A stretch of DNA of 64,000 nt, from positions 1 through 64,000 of IMG/VR virus record IMGVR_UViG_3300037258_000352; one strand, written 5' to 3'. The notes under the pieces were generated by a model. The model was given only the letters and a program-made list of their open reading frames with translations. It searched no databases and had not been told where the DNA came from. A program made the position numbers and the translations under genes. The stretch is from a virus. Positions 1 through 9,603 of this stretch are shown here, one piece after another. Position 1 is the first letter of the stretch. Each line of letters opens with the position of its first letter.

Positions 1-17
1 CGATCACCACGGTCGCT

Positions 18-2888
18 ATGTCGGTCGGGGACCGGGTCTGCGTCGAGATCGGATACCGGGCCCGGAACACCACCTCGTCGTCCCGCACCGGGACCATGAA
101 CTATGGCGGTGCGTTCGTCACCGACCTGTTCAAAGGTGACACGGTCGTCACCACCCTTAACGGCTACATCCAGTTCTCGGACCCGAATCAGGTCCTGCAG
201 GCGAAGTCCCCGAACCCTAAGAACTTCTGTAAGAACCCATCGGGTGGGTCGAGTGTCACTACTGGTTGGTCGATTTCCGGGACGGGAATGACCCAAGCCG
301 CCGGGTCGGTAGTGGGAATGTCCCGGTCGACTGGTGTCAAATACACAGTGACCGTGGGTGGTTCCACCGCGCACATAAATACACCACCTGCACCAGCGGC
401 GGTGGGCGAAGTCTGGTCGTTTTACGTCGAATTAGCGGAGACGATAAGCGAATCGATTACCGTCTTCTTCAATTTCCATGACGCGGCCGGTGCATTCCTC
501 AATAACCTTTCAACGGTCATTAACCCGTTGACGACCGCGCAAACCGCTACCGCGTGGAACGCGACCGCGCCCGCGAACACCGCGTTCGTCGACATCGACA
601 TCGAAGCGTCTACCAGCCACACCAACGGGAACGTCATCTCCGTCTCGTGTGTCCGCTACGACTGGTCCACAGCCCAGCTCGCTTACGCCGACGGGGACAC
701 CACAAACTGGTCGTGGGACGGGACATCGGAGGTCTCCACCTCCCACCAGTCGACGATAACCGGCACCGGTACCGCGCCCCTGGGGTCCGCGACGGGTACA
801 GCGACCGGTGTCAAAAAGGTATTCGGCACTGGTACGGCGCCACTCGGTGCGCTGGCCGCGACGGCGACGGGGACACGGAAGGTCCTCGGTTCCGGTTCCG
901 CGCCGCTCGGGACCGCAGCCGGGACGGCAGCCGGGAAGGTTTCCCACACCACCGCCACCGGCAGCGCGCCGCTCGGGGGCGTCGCTTCGGCCACCGGGGT
1001 CCGACGCACGACCGGGACCGGCAGCGCACCACTGGGCAATGCGACCGGGACAGCGACGGGGATCAAAACGGTCCTCGGCGTCGGGTCCGCGCCGTTGGGT
1101 GCGTTGGCCAGCTCAGCAACAGGCACCCCGACGGTCCTCGGGACTGGGACCGCTCCGGTCACCCACACCGCGACCGCGACCGGCCGGCCTACGGTGTTCG
1201 GGACGGGCACGGCGCCGGTGGTGTCGACGTCGACCGCGACGGGTGTCCGGCGCGCCACCGGTACTGGCACTGCACCGCTGGGGGCCCTCGCCGCGTCGGC
1301 AGCGGGTGACGACAACGTCCTCGGGACTGCGACCGCCCCACTCGGGGCCCTGGCCAGCTCAGCGACCGGCAGGAAAACGGTGTTCGGGGTGGGTTCCGCC
1401 CCACTGGGTGGGGTCGCGTCCGCTACCGGTGTCCCCACCGTCACGGGCACCGCCACCGCCCCCCTCGGCGCGCTGGCCGCTACCGCCACGGGCACCCCAC
1501 GTGTCACCGGTACCGCTACTGGCCCGTTGGGTGCTCTCGCCGCTTCGGCCACAGGTGTCCCGACGGTCACTGGGGCCGCTTCCACGCCTGTGGTGTTCAC
1601 CGCCACCGCGACCGGACTGGTGTCCCATACCGGGGTCGGGTCGGCGCCCGTCCTGGTCACCAGCACCGCGACCGGGGGCGTGGATGTGTTCGGGTCCGGG
1701 TCGGCGCCGTTGGGTGCGCTCGCGGCGACCGCGCACGGGGACGAGTACGTCCTCGGGACGGGCACGGCCCCCCTGGGTGGCCTGTCGGCGACCGCGACCG
1801 GGAAACGGGAAACGTTCGCTACCGGCACCGCCCCGCTAGGTGCCTCGACCGGGACCGCGACCGGGAACAAAACCGTGTTCGGGACCGGTCGCGCACCCCT
1901 CGGCGGTTTGGCCAGCTCCGCGACCGGCACCCGGATCGTTCTCGGGACGGCCACCGCGCCGCTCGGTGCGGATGTCTCCACCGCGGCGGGTATCCCGACC
2001 GTCCTGGGTACCGCGTCGGCGCCGGTCACGTTCGAGGCCACCGCGACCGGGACTGGCACTGGGGCGGGCAGCGGCACCGGCAGCGCCCCGCTCGGTGGGG
2101 TCGACGCGACCGCGACGGGTGTCCGCGACACCTTCGGTACCGGTACCGCGCCACTGACCGCGACGTCGACGGCCACCGGGATAAGGGGAACCCACGGGAC
2201 GGGCGTCGCGGTCCTGTCGTTCATCGCGGTCGCGGTCGGGACCGTCACCACCCCCGGCACGGCTACCGCCCCCCTCGGTGGATTGTCGGCGACAGCGGTG
2301 GGGCTGGTCACCGTCACCGCCGTCGGTGATGCCCCCCTCGGTGAGCTCACCGCGTCCGGGGTGGTGGTCCCCGACGACACCGGATCCGGGGACGCCCCGC
2401 TGGGGGACCTGCTGGCTACTGCGGTCGGTGTCGTCACCGTGCAGGGCACCGCCACCGCAGCACTCGGTGTGTTGCAGGCCGTCGCGGTGGGGACAGTCAC
2501 CCGGCACGGGACCGGCGCCGCCCCGCTCGGGGAACTAGCAGCGTCGGCGTTCGCGGCCGGGATCGTGTCCGGCACCGGAACCGCACCACTGGGTGGCCTA
2601 CGCGCTACCGCGGTCGGGTTGGTCACCGTCACCGGGGTCGGTTCCGCGCACCTCGGGGCTCTCATCGCGACCGCAGTCAGCTACCGGCAGCCCATCGCGT
2701 GGCCACCCACCGCCACCGGTGAAACCGTCCTCCCCGTCGCCACCGGTTACCCACGCGTCACCGGTCAGGCCACCGGAACCACCGAAGTTGAGTCGACCAC
2801 TAGCAACACCAGCACCGTCACCGGGCCCGGCACCACCAGCGGTGCCCGAGTCACCCGCACCGGGCAGGGGTCGGTCGTTGCCCGCTGA
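18..2888 (+). CDS. Repeat-rich fibre/adhesin-like virion protein (probably 5'-truncated by window edge)
   Basis: Frame is open to the window start; N-terminal beta-rich CBM-like region, then about 31 tandem 20-21 aa G(T/S)G(T/S)APLGxxxxTATG repeats; lies just upstream of portal. Confidence 0.7.
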   Translation: MSVGDRVCVEIGYRARNTTSSSRTGTMNYGGAFVTDLFKGDTVVTTLNGYIQFSDPNQVLQAKSPNPKNFCKNPSGGSSVTTGWSISGTGMTQAAGSVVGMSRSTGVKYTVTVGGSTAHINTPPAPAAVGEVWSFYVELAETISESITVFFNFHDAAGAFLNNLSTVINPLTTAQTATAWNATAPANTAFVDIDIEASTSHTNGNVISVSCVRYDWSTAQLAYADGDTTNWSWDGTSEVSTSHQSTITGTGTAPLGSATGTATGVKKVFGTGTAPLGALAATATGTRKVLGSGSAPLGTAAGTAAGKVSHTTATGSAPLGGVASATGVRRTTGTGSAPLGNATGTATGIKTVLGVGSAPLGALASSATGTPTVLGTGTAPVTHTATATGRPTVFGTGTAPVVSTSTATGVRRATGTGTAPLGALAASAAGDDNVLGTATAPLGALASSATGRKTVFGVGSAPLGGVASATGVPTVTGTATAPLGALAATATGTPRVTGTATGPLGALAASATGVPTVTGAASTPVVFTATATGLVSHTGVGSAPVLVTSTATGGVDVFGSGSAPLGALAATAHGDEYVLGTGTAPLGGLSATATGKRETFATGTAPLGASTGTATGNKTVFGTGRAPLGGLASSATGTRIVLGTATAPLGADVSTAAGIPTVLGTASAPVTFEATATGTGTGAGSGTGSAPLGGVDATATGVRDTFGTGTAPLTATSTATGIRGTHGTGVAVLSFIAVAVGTVTTPGTATAPLGGLSATAVGLVTVTAVGDAPLGELTASGVVVPDDTGSGDAPLGDLLATAVGVVTVQGTATAALGVLQAVAVGTVTRHGTGAAPLGELAASAFAAGIVSGTGTAPLGGLRATAVGLVTVTGVGSAHLGALIATAVSYRQPIAWPPTATGETVLPVATGYPRVTGQATGTTEVESTTSNTSTVTGPGTTSGARVTRTGQGSVVAR
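757..2685 (+). repeat. Degenerate 60-63 bp coding tandem repeat, about 31 units
   Basis: Counted by eye in the translation (e.g. FGTGTAPLGALAATATGTRKV). Confidence 0.9.
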
Positions 2889-2950
2889 CATCGCGTTCCC
2901 CGGTGGCCGGTACCCAGCCACGTCCGTGATCATGCGCTCTGGAGGTCTTC

Positions 2951-5722
2951 GTGGCTCTGTTTGACCGGTGGCGTCGCCAGTTCGTGGAAGACCTGACCCT
3001 CGACCAGGCCACGGACTACCTCGCGCGGGAACGGACCGCGTCGCTGCGGGTCCTCCGCGCGGACGGGCAACGCGTCGATTTGACCGCCCAAGACGCTGGG
3101 ACCCGCCTCGCGCTGGTCCGGCAGGAATGGCAAACCGACGCGTGGACCTACCGCGACATGATCGGCGAGTTGCGTTACGCGCAACGACTATTGGCCCGGT
3201 CGGTGGCCACCGTGCGGTTCTTCGCCGCTGAACTGCCCGAGGACTCCACCGAAGACCCCATCGAGCTGGCCGGCCCGGACTACAAAGGTGACCCGGCCCT
3301 CGCGAAGGACGCGGTCGAGAACCTCGCGCGGCTCCCCCTCGACGACGGCCCCGACGGGTTCCTCGCGACGATGACGGAGAACATCGAAACCGCGGGGGAA
3401 TGCTGGATCCACGGGCAGCAAGACGACGAGGACGGGGAGACGTGGTCGATCCGGTCGGTGTCGGAAATCATGGGCGCCGGCGACCAGGTGATGCTGCTGG
3501 AGTTGCCCACGATTTCCAGCTTGGGGCAACGCGCGATCAACCCGAAAACGGAGGAGCTGCTCCGCTGCTGGACGCGGCACCCGAGGTGGGGGAAGCTCGC
3601 GGACTCCCCGCTGCGCGCGATGCTCGACGTCCTCGAGGAAGTGGTGTTGACGGGCCGGGAGCAGCGGGCCGCTGCTAGGTCCCGGATCGCGGCGAACGGG
3701 GTCATGCTGGTCCCGAACTCGTTGGAGCTGCTCCAGTCCCGGGACACCGCTGAGGACTCCGACGCCCCGGAAGGGCTCGCGGACACCGATTTCATGCGGG
3801 ACTTCACCGAAGCGTTAACCGCCCCCATCCGCAATGAGGGGGACCCCGGTGCGGTCGCGCCCTTGATCCTCCGGGGTGAAGCGGAAGCGTTGAAAGAGGT
3901 CCGGCACCTCACCCTGACCCGGGACGACGCCGCGAAGCTGATGGACCGCCTCCAAGGCGCTGTCCTCCGAATGTTGCAGGGCCTCGACATCCAACCGGAG
4001 CAGGTCACGGGTATCGGGGCAACGAACCACTGGGGTGGGTGGCAGATCGAGGCCAGCAACATCCGTCACCAGGTCCTCCCCACTTGCGGGGTCGTCGCGG
4101 GGATGCTCACGAAAGCGTTTCTACGGCCAGCGTTGAAAGCACTGGGTTATCCACCGGAGAAGGTCCGCCGGATCGTGGTTTGGTACGACCCGACCGCGCT
4201 GGTCGAGTCCCCCGACCGGTCCCAAGACGCCCGGGACGCGTGGGACCGGGACGCGATCTCCAACGCCGCGCTGCGGGAAGCGTTGGGGTTCCCCGAGGAC
4301 GCCGTCCCCGAACCCCACGAGCATCTCGTCCGTCTGCTGTCCCGTGGCCGGTTGACACCGCAAGCGGTGCCGCTGGTCGCGGCCCTGTCGGGGGTGAAAC
4401 TCGACGACCCCGATTTGCAGGCCGCGCTCGCGATCGCGGTCGGGTTGGTCGCGCCCGCTCCACACGCGGGACCACCGACGGTGCAGGGGCAGGTGGTTCG
4501 GGCGTTACCTGCTGGTCAACCTGCACCCCCTGCAGCACCCGCAGGGTCGACCGCGACCCCAGCCGGGCCGGGGCAGGTCGTGCCCGAACAGACAGCTCCC
4601 ACCCCAACCGGCCCAGCGGCGCCACCTGCAGTCACCGCCGCTGGTGTCCCGGTCGAGGGGTGGCGGGTGGACATCGACACCGCGCGGCAACTCGCGCAGG
4701 TCGACGCGGTCCTCATGGACCGGATCCTCACCGCCGCTGACGCCGCGATCGTTCGCGCGGTGGAACGCGCCGGCGGTCGGGTCCGTAACGCCGCCCGGAA
4801 AACCCCGGCCCTAGTCGCGTCGATCGAGGGTGTTGAGGTCACCCTCATCGCGTCCGTTCTAGGTCGGGACACCGTCGGATCGTTCGCGTCAGTGTCGGAT
4901 CTCCTCGCCGGGGCCTACACCCGCCTGCGGGACCAGTTCGGTGGGTGGCTCGACCAAGCCGCCCGGTCCGCCGCGACCATCGTCGTGAAACTCTTGGGCC
5001 TGTCGACCAGCAGTCCCGCCGGCCGCGAAATCCGGGACCAGGTCATCACCAGGTACTCGGTGCACCGCGACGCCGCATGGTCGGCGCTGTCCGAGGCGTT
5101 GGACGCGGCCACCGACAAGGCCTTGTTCCGCGCGGATCCCTTAACCCCGGATCCGACACCGGGGGAAGCAGCGGACACACTCCTCTCCCCCGCCGCGGTC
5201 GCCCGCGCGCTCGTCATCGCCGGCGGTGGGACACCTGGGCAGCCGGGGGACTTCGGGTTCGGGACCGGTCCGGTCACTAGGCAGGCCATGACGCAGCAGG
5301 GTGGGGTGGTGTTGGGGTGGGAATGGCAGTACAACCCCGCGCAACCCCGTCGGTCCCATTTCCTGCCGCACCAAGTGTTGGATGGCGCCCGGTTCGGGAC
5401 GTGGACCGACCCGAAACTCGACACCACCCCCGGCAGTGAGTGGATCGGGTCCTACTTCCATCCCCAAGACCACGACGGGTGCTTGTGCTCGTCGACACCG
5501 GTCCTCGCGTTCCCCACCAACGACCCCGACGACATCGTCGGTCAGCGGATCCGCGCGGCGCAGCAATCCCACCGCGGGCGGGTCGCCGCCAAGGTCGCTG
5601 CGGAGGACACCGCCGCCGGTCGGATCGGAACGTCCATTCAGAACGAGGTCGAGACCCGTGATCGGATACTGGCCGGCGTGGAAGCTCTCCGCGCCCACTA
5701 CATCGAAGGGGTGTCAGTCTGA
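2951..5722 (+). CDS. Portal protein fused to a C-terminal MuF-like (head morphogenesis) domain
   Basis: N-terminal WQxDAWxYxDxIGELRY as in cluster-B-type actinophage portals; Pro/Ala linker; C-terminal WEW...H..LDG...HPQDHDGCLC MuF-like motif. Confidence 0.8.
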   Translation: MALFDRWRRQFVEDLTLDQATDYLARERTASLRVLRADGQRVDLTAQDAGTRLALVRQEWQTDAWTYRDMIGELRYAQRLLARSVATVRFFAAELPEDSTEDPIELAGPDYKGDPALAKDAVENLARLPLDDGPDGFLATMTENIETAGECWIHGQQDDEDGETWSIRSVSEIMGAGDQVMLLELPTISSLGQRAINPKTEELLRCWTRHPRWGKLADSPLRAMLDVLEEVVLTGREQRAAARSRIAANGVMLVPNSLELLQSRDTAEDSDAPEGLADTDFMRDFTEALTAPIRNEGDPGAVAPLILRGEAEALKEVRHLTLTRDDAAKLMDRLQGAVLRMLQGLDIQPEQVTGIGATNHWGGWQIEASNIRHQVLPTCGVVAGMLTKAFLRPALKALGYPPEKVRRIVVWYDPTALVESPDRSQDARDAWDRDAISNAALREALGFPEDAVPEPHEHLVRLLSRGRLTPQAVPLVAALSGVKLDDPDLQAALAIAVGLVAPAPHAGPPTVQGQVVRALPAGQPAPPAAPAGSTATPAGPGQVVPEQTAPTPTGPAAPPAVTAAGVPVEGWRVDIDTARQLAQVDAVLMDRILTAADAAIVRAVERAGGRVRNAARKTPALVASIEGVEVTLIASVLGRDTVGSFASVSDLLAGAYTRLRDQFGGWLDQAARSAATIVVKLLGLSTSSPAGREIRDQVITRYSVHRDAAWSALSEALDAATDKALFRADPLTPDPTPGEAADTLLSPAAVARALVIAGGGTPGQPGDFGFGTGPVTRQAMTQQGGVVLGWEWQYNPAQPRRSHFLPHQVLDGARFGTWTDPKLDTTPGSEWIGSYFHPQDHDGCLCSSTPVLAFPTNDPDDIVGQRIRAAQQSHRGRVAAKVAAEDTAAGRIGTSIQNEVETRDRILAGVEALRAHYIEGVSV

Positions 5723-5892
5723 TGATCACGACCGATGGGCACGACTGGCGGTGGGTGTCGATCGCTGGGCACTTCACCGTGTACGCGAAATGCCGTCGGT
5801 GTGGGGTGCTCAGCTTCACCCCGGGTGATGACGTTGAGGAGTCGATCCCGGCATGTCGTTATCCGAGCGAACACGAGGAGATTTCAGTCTGA
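5722..5892 (+). CDS. Small hypothetical protein (56 aa, CxxC)
   Basis: Not in ORF track; TGATG-coupled to both neighbours; MITTDGHDWRW...CRRC. Confidence 0.7.
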   Translation: MITTDGHDWRWVSIAGHFTVYAKCRRCGVLSFTPGDDVEESIPACRYPSEHEEISV

Positions 5893-6266
5893 TGATCAGA
5901 ATCACGGATGAGGAGTTCCGGCGGGTCGGGGACAAACGCTCCGCGGTGATGATGGCGATAGGTGCCGCGTCGGTGTGCTGGGTCCCCGACCCGGGACCTG
6001 GGGTGTTCGACTCCGAGCGGGCCGCGGACCTCGCCGACGACTTGATCCGGTACCTCGCGGTCCCCGACGGCCTATCTGCGGAGGAAGCGAAGTGGCTGGA
6101 CACCCTGATTGACTCTGCGACCCCCGCGCATCCGGGTAGCCCCGCAGATTGGGAAGGGCTGGGACGAGCCCACGCGAAGAAGATCCTGCGGCGGGTCATC
6201 ACCGGTGGGGCACCCGAGCCGGCGGCGGACACGACTGGGATCAGACTCGTGGGGAGCGACCGCTGA
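5892..6266 (+). CDS. Hypothetical protein
   Basis: Translationally coupled ORF with GC3-biased codons. Confidence 0.7.
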   Translation: MIRITDEEFRRVGDKRSAVMMAIGAASVCWVPDPGPGVFDSERAADLADDLIRYLAVPDGLSAEEAKWLDTLIDSATPAHPGSPADWEGLGRAHAKKILRRVITGGAPEPAADTTGIRLVGSDR

Positions 6267-6574
6267 TGCCGACACCCAGCGTGGGGCGGGTGGCGCACTA
6301 CGTCTCTCACGGGACACCGATCCGCCCGGACGGGACACAGGCCTACACCAAACAGTGCCGCGCCGCGGACATCACCGAGGTGGACACCGACGCCCCCGAA
6401 AACGTTGGGCTCCTCGTGAAGAACCCCACCGGTCTGTTCTTCCACCCATTGACAGACGGTGGCTGCGAGTACCACGCGGGGGACCCGACCATGACCGTCG
6501 GATGGTCCTGCACCGGACTTGATCACCAGGGCGGGACGTGGCACTGGCCGACCCGGACGGAGGGTCCGGCGTGA
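6266..6574 (+). CDS. Conserved-type phage hypothetical protein
   Basis: PSVGRVAHY...CRAAxIT...GTWHWP pattern common in phage small proteins; coupled start. Confidence 0.75.
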   Translation: MPTPSVGRVAHYVSHGTPIRPDGTQAYTKQCRAADITEVDTDAPENVGLLVKNPTGLFFHPLTDGGCEYHAGDPTMTVGWSCTGLDHQGGTWHWPTRTEGPA

Positions 6575-6831
6575 CACAGTGCGTACTTAGTGTCGACTGC
6601 GAACTCGGGCTGCATGCGGCAGATGAGCACCCTTGCGGCCAACACAGCGAACCACCAGGAACGCCATGCCGATATTGTGAGGACCCCGTCCCGATGGACG
6701 GATCCTCGTGCCCGAAATGTTGGACACCGATCACGATCCCCTTAGCGAAGGCTCTGTTCGCGCCTTACGGGATCTCGGTTGATCCATGGCCTAACGATCG
6801 CCTTGATGAGAGTACCGGAGGTACCCGGTGA
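6571..6831 (+). CDS. Small Cys/His-rich (Zn-binding) protein
   Basis: CRYC...CPKC; GTGA overlaps on both sides. Confidence 0.65.
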   Translation: MTQCVLSVDCELGLHAADEHPCGQHSEPPGTPCRYCEDPVPMDGSSCPKCWTPITIPLAKALFAPYGISVDPWPNDRLDESTGGTR

Positions 6832-9338
6832 CAGCACCAGCAGTTGATCAACCCGTGGAAACCGACGGGGAAGACACCGGCGGATATACCGGCGGGATGA
6901 TCGCCCTCATCCCGTCCGTCGGCGACGCGCAGCAACTCGCCGTCGCCGGTGGCGACGACCCAGACGAAATGCACCTCACCCTGATCTACCTCGGGGACGA
7001 CCTGTCGGACTGGGACGACGCGCAACGCGCGCAGGTTATGGCCGCCGCGCAGCAAACCGCCGCGACCATGAGCCCGGTGCAGGCCCGCGCGTTTGGGCAC
7101 GCCCAGTTCAATCCCGACGGTGGTGACGACGGCTCCCGGGACCCGTGCGCGGTCTATCTGATCGGGGACACCGACCAGCTCGGGCCCGCGCGAGACGCCC
7201 TCGCGAGCACCACCGACCAGGACCAGCACACCCCGTTCGTCCCCCACGTGACCGCTGGGACCGGGGTGAACGCGAGTGACCTCTCGTACACCGGGCCGGT
7301 CACGTTCGACCGGATGCGCGTCGCCATGGGTGACGACACCACCGACATACCACTAGGGGGCGACAGTTCCGTGACCGCTGCAGCACCGACCGCCGTCGAT
7401 GTCGGTTCGCCGGCGACGATCCTGTCCGACACCGGTGACCAGATCACCGTCCACTGGGACGCGCTCGCGGTGGAAGGCCTCGACACCGGAGACGGCCGGT
7501 ATTTGACTCCCGGTGGTGGGTCGACGAGGACACCACCGCTGTCTCTTCTCGCGTTGCCCTACGCGAACCACGGTGGGCAAGACGCCCCCGCTGCGGAGGT
7601 GTTCGGGGAGATCACCACCTTGACCCGCCGGCCCGGCCCGGAGGTCACCAGCAAACGCACCGGGGAACCGTTCCCTGATGGGACGTTCGTGTGGTCCGCG
7701 GACGCCACCATCGACGGCACCCACAAGTTCGCGGACATGGTCCGGAAAGGACACCTGCGGGGTGGGTCTGTTGACCTCGCGGACCTCGACGCTGAGTTGA
7801 TCGACGAAGACACCGCCGCTATGAGCGACAACCCGCGTCGGCGCGCTGTCCTCACCCGGTATGAGATCGCCGCCGCGACGATGGTCCCGGTCCCCGCGTT
7901 CGCCGACGCCTACTGCGACGTCGTCGGCTCCCTCCCCGCGGCGCTGGCCGCGTCCGCGCTGCCCACCGAGCTGTGGAAGGAGCCCGTCCCGATGTGGCGG
8001 TCCAGTGAGGTCGGGGACCTCGTCGCTCGCACCCCGGGGGGCAGCGTCAAAGCCAGCGCCCGGGACAAGGCCGCAGCGAAGGGCCACGCCCTGCCCGACG
8101 GGTCGCTGCCCATCGAAACCGCTGATGACCTCACTAACGCGATCAAACGCGCCGGGTCGGCGAAGGACCCCGTCAAGGCCCGCAAGTTCGTCATGGCCCA
8201 AGCGAAGCGCCTCAAACTGGCCGACAAGATCCCCGACAATTGGAACGCGGACGGCACCACCGGTGACGACGCTGTCACCGCAGCAGCGGTGACCCGACGG
8301 CCTCCCCTGTCGTGGTTCACCGATCCCAGCCTCAACGGGGAAACCCCGATCACCATCACCGACGACGGGCACGTCTACGGGCACGTCGCGGTGTGGTCCC
8401 GGCCCCACATCGGGTTCAACGGGCAACGGATCTACGCCAAGCCGTCCCGCGCGGACTATGCGTTTTTCAACACCGGCGCGGTCCGGTGCCTCGACGAGGA
8501 CGGGACCACGAGGATCGCCGCGGTTGGGCACCTCACCATGGGCACCGGCCACGCCGACCTCCAAGCCTCGTACACCGCAGCGGCACGGCATTACGACCAC
8601 ACCGGGTACGCGTGGGCTGACGTCGCCGCCGGCGACGACAAGTGGGGGGTGTGGGTCAACGGGATACTCAAGCCGGGGATCACCGAGGAGCAAATCAGTT
8701 ACGCCTACGCGCACCCACCATCAGGGGATTGGCGTCCCATAGACGGCGGGTTGGAAATGGTCGCGGCGTTGTGCGTGAACACCCCCGGGATCCCCGTGTC
8801 GAGGGCTCGGGTCGCGTCCGGTGAAGTCGTCGCGTTGGTAGCCGCTGGCGCGCTGGCCCCTGCACCTCCACAGGGTGGGATCGGTGCGATGGTGGATTAC
8901 GACCAGCTCGCTGATCGGGTCGCGGACCGGATCCTGACCCGGCAGCAGCACACCGCTGAGCTGGCCGCGCGCCGAACCGCGGCACTAGCGGCTACCGACG
9001 ACACCACCGAACGGATGGCCGCCGCACTCGCCGCGATCCCCGATGACGACGACGAAGTGTCGACCTTCGAGGCGGTCCGCGCTGACACCCTCGCGTCATT
9101 CCTAGCGGGGAAGGAGATAACCCCGAAAGACGCGGAGAACACGGCCCGCCTCAAGGAATACTGGACGCATGGGAAAGGAGCCGCGCTAATACGCTGGGGT
9201 GAGCCATCAGATTTCGACAGGTGTCGGACACATTTAGCTAAATACGTTCCACCTGGGGGAACCCTAGATGGCCTATGTGCAAACATGCACCATGACGCAC
9301 TAGGTGTTTGGCCGGGGAAGGAACATGGCAAGAAGTAG
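6828..9338 (+). CDS. Multidomain protein: N-terminal 2H phosphoesterase (2'-5' RNA ligase/Acb1-like) plus prohead protease-like region and extra domains
   Basis: Two HxT motifs (MHLTLIYLG, FVPHVTAG); EGxxTGDGR...H...GGSVD...AATMVPVPAF protease-like core; ALPDGSLPI helical module; position between portal and capsid genes. Confidence 0.8.
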   Translation: MTAPAVDQPVETDGEDTGGYTGGMIALIPSVGDAQQLAVAGGDDPDEMHLTLIYLGDDLSDWDDAQRAQVMAAAQQTAATMSPVQARAFGHAQFNPDGGDDGSRDPCAVYLIGDTDQLGPARDALASTTDQDQHTPFVPHVTAGTGVNASDLSYTGPVTFDRMRVAMGDDTTDIPLGGDSSVTAAAPTAVDVGSPATILSDTGDQITVHWDALAVEGLDTGDGRYLTPGGGSTRTPPLSLLALPYANHGGQDAPAAEVFGEITTLTRRPGPEVTSKRTGEPFPDGTFVWSADATIDGTHKFADMVRKGHLRGGSVDLADLDAELIDEDTAAMSDNPRRRAVLTRYEIAAATMVPVPAFADAYCDVVGSLPAALAASALPTELWKEPVPMWRSSEVGDLVARTPGGSVKASARDKAAAKGHALPDGSLPIETADDLTNAIKRAGSAKDPVKARKFVMAQAKRLKLADKIPDNWNADGTTGDDAVTAAAVTRRPPLSWFTDPSLNGETPITITDDGHVYGHVAVWSRPHIGFNGQRIYAKPSRADYAFFNTGAVRCLDEDGTTRIAAVGHLTMGTGHADLQASYTAAARHYDHTGYAWADVAAGDDKWGVWVNGILKPGITEEQISYAYAHPPSGDWRPIDGGLEMVAALCVNTPGIPVSRARVASGEVVALVAAGALAPAPPQGGIGAMVDYDQLADRVADRILTRQQHTAELAARRTAALAATDDTTERMAAALAAIPDDDDEVSTFEAVRADTLASFLAGKEITPKDAENTARLKEYWTHGKGAALIRWGEPSDFDRCRTHLAKYVPPGGTLDGLCANMHHDALGVWPGKEHGKK

Positions 9339-9356
9339 CACACCGTGACCGGATGG

Positions 9357-9533
9357 TAGGATCTCACCAGAGATAAAGCCCCTGGCCGTGGTTGCTGCCA
9401 CTACCAGGGGCACAACGCCGAACCTGAGGATTGGTATGTAGATCCGTCAACTGGTGTCCGTCGTTGCCGGGGGTGCTGGAAGGTCAGCTATCGAGCCGCC
9501 GGGCTCGCGTACCGGTCGCGTCAGGCTGGCTGA
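9357..9533 (+). pseudogene. Relic of an HNH homing endonuclease cassette
   Basis: TAGGAT -10 and CCCCTGG..CCAGGGGC leader hairpin like that before the 33257 HNH, then a start-less frame WYVDPSTGVRRCRGC resembling the RxCxxC tails of the 21478 HNH. Confidence 0.5.
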
Positions 9534-9603
9534 CGGATTGGTGACCGGTCCGCTCTTTTCCCTGGTAGAGGAGGATCCGGACCGGCCGCCAGCAGTGTAG
9601 GCG

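Noticed and set aside
683-2665. 660-aa antisense ORF and many other long shadow ORFs
   Set aside because: Expected antisense open frames of high-GC coding sequence; no RBS or recognisable motifs
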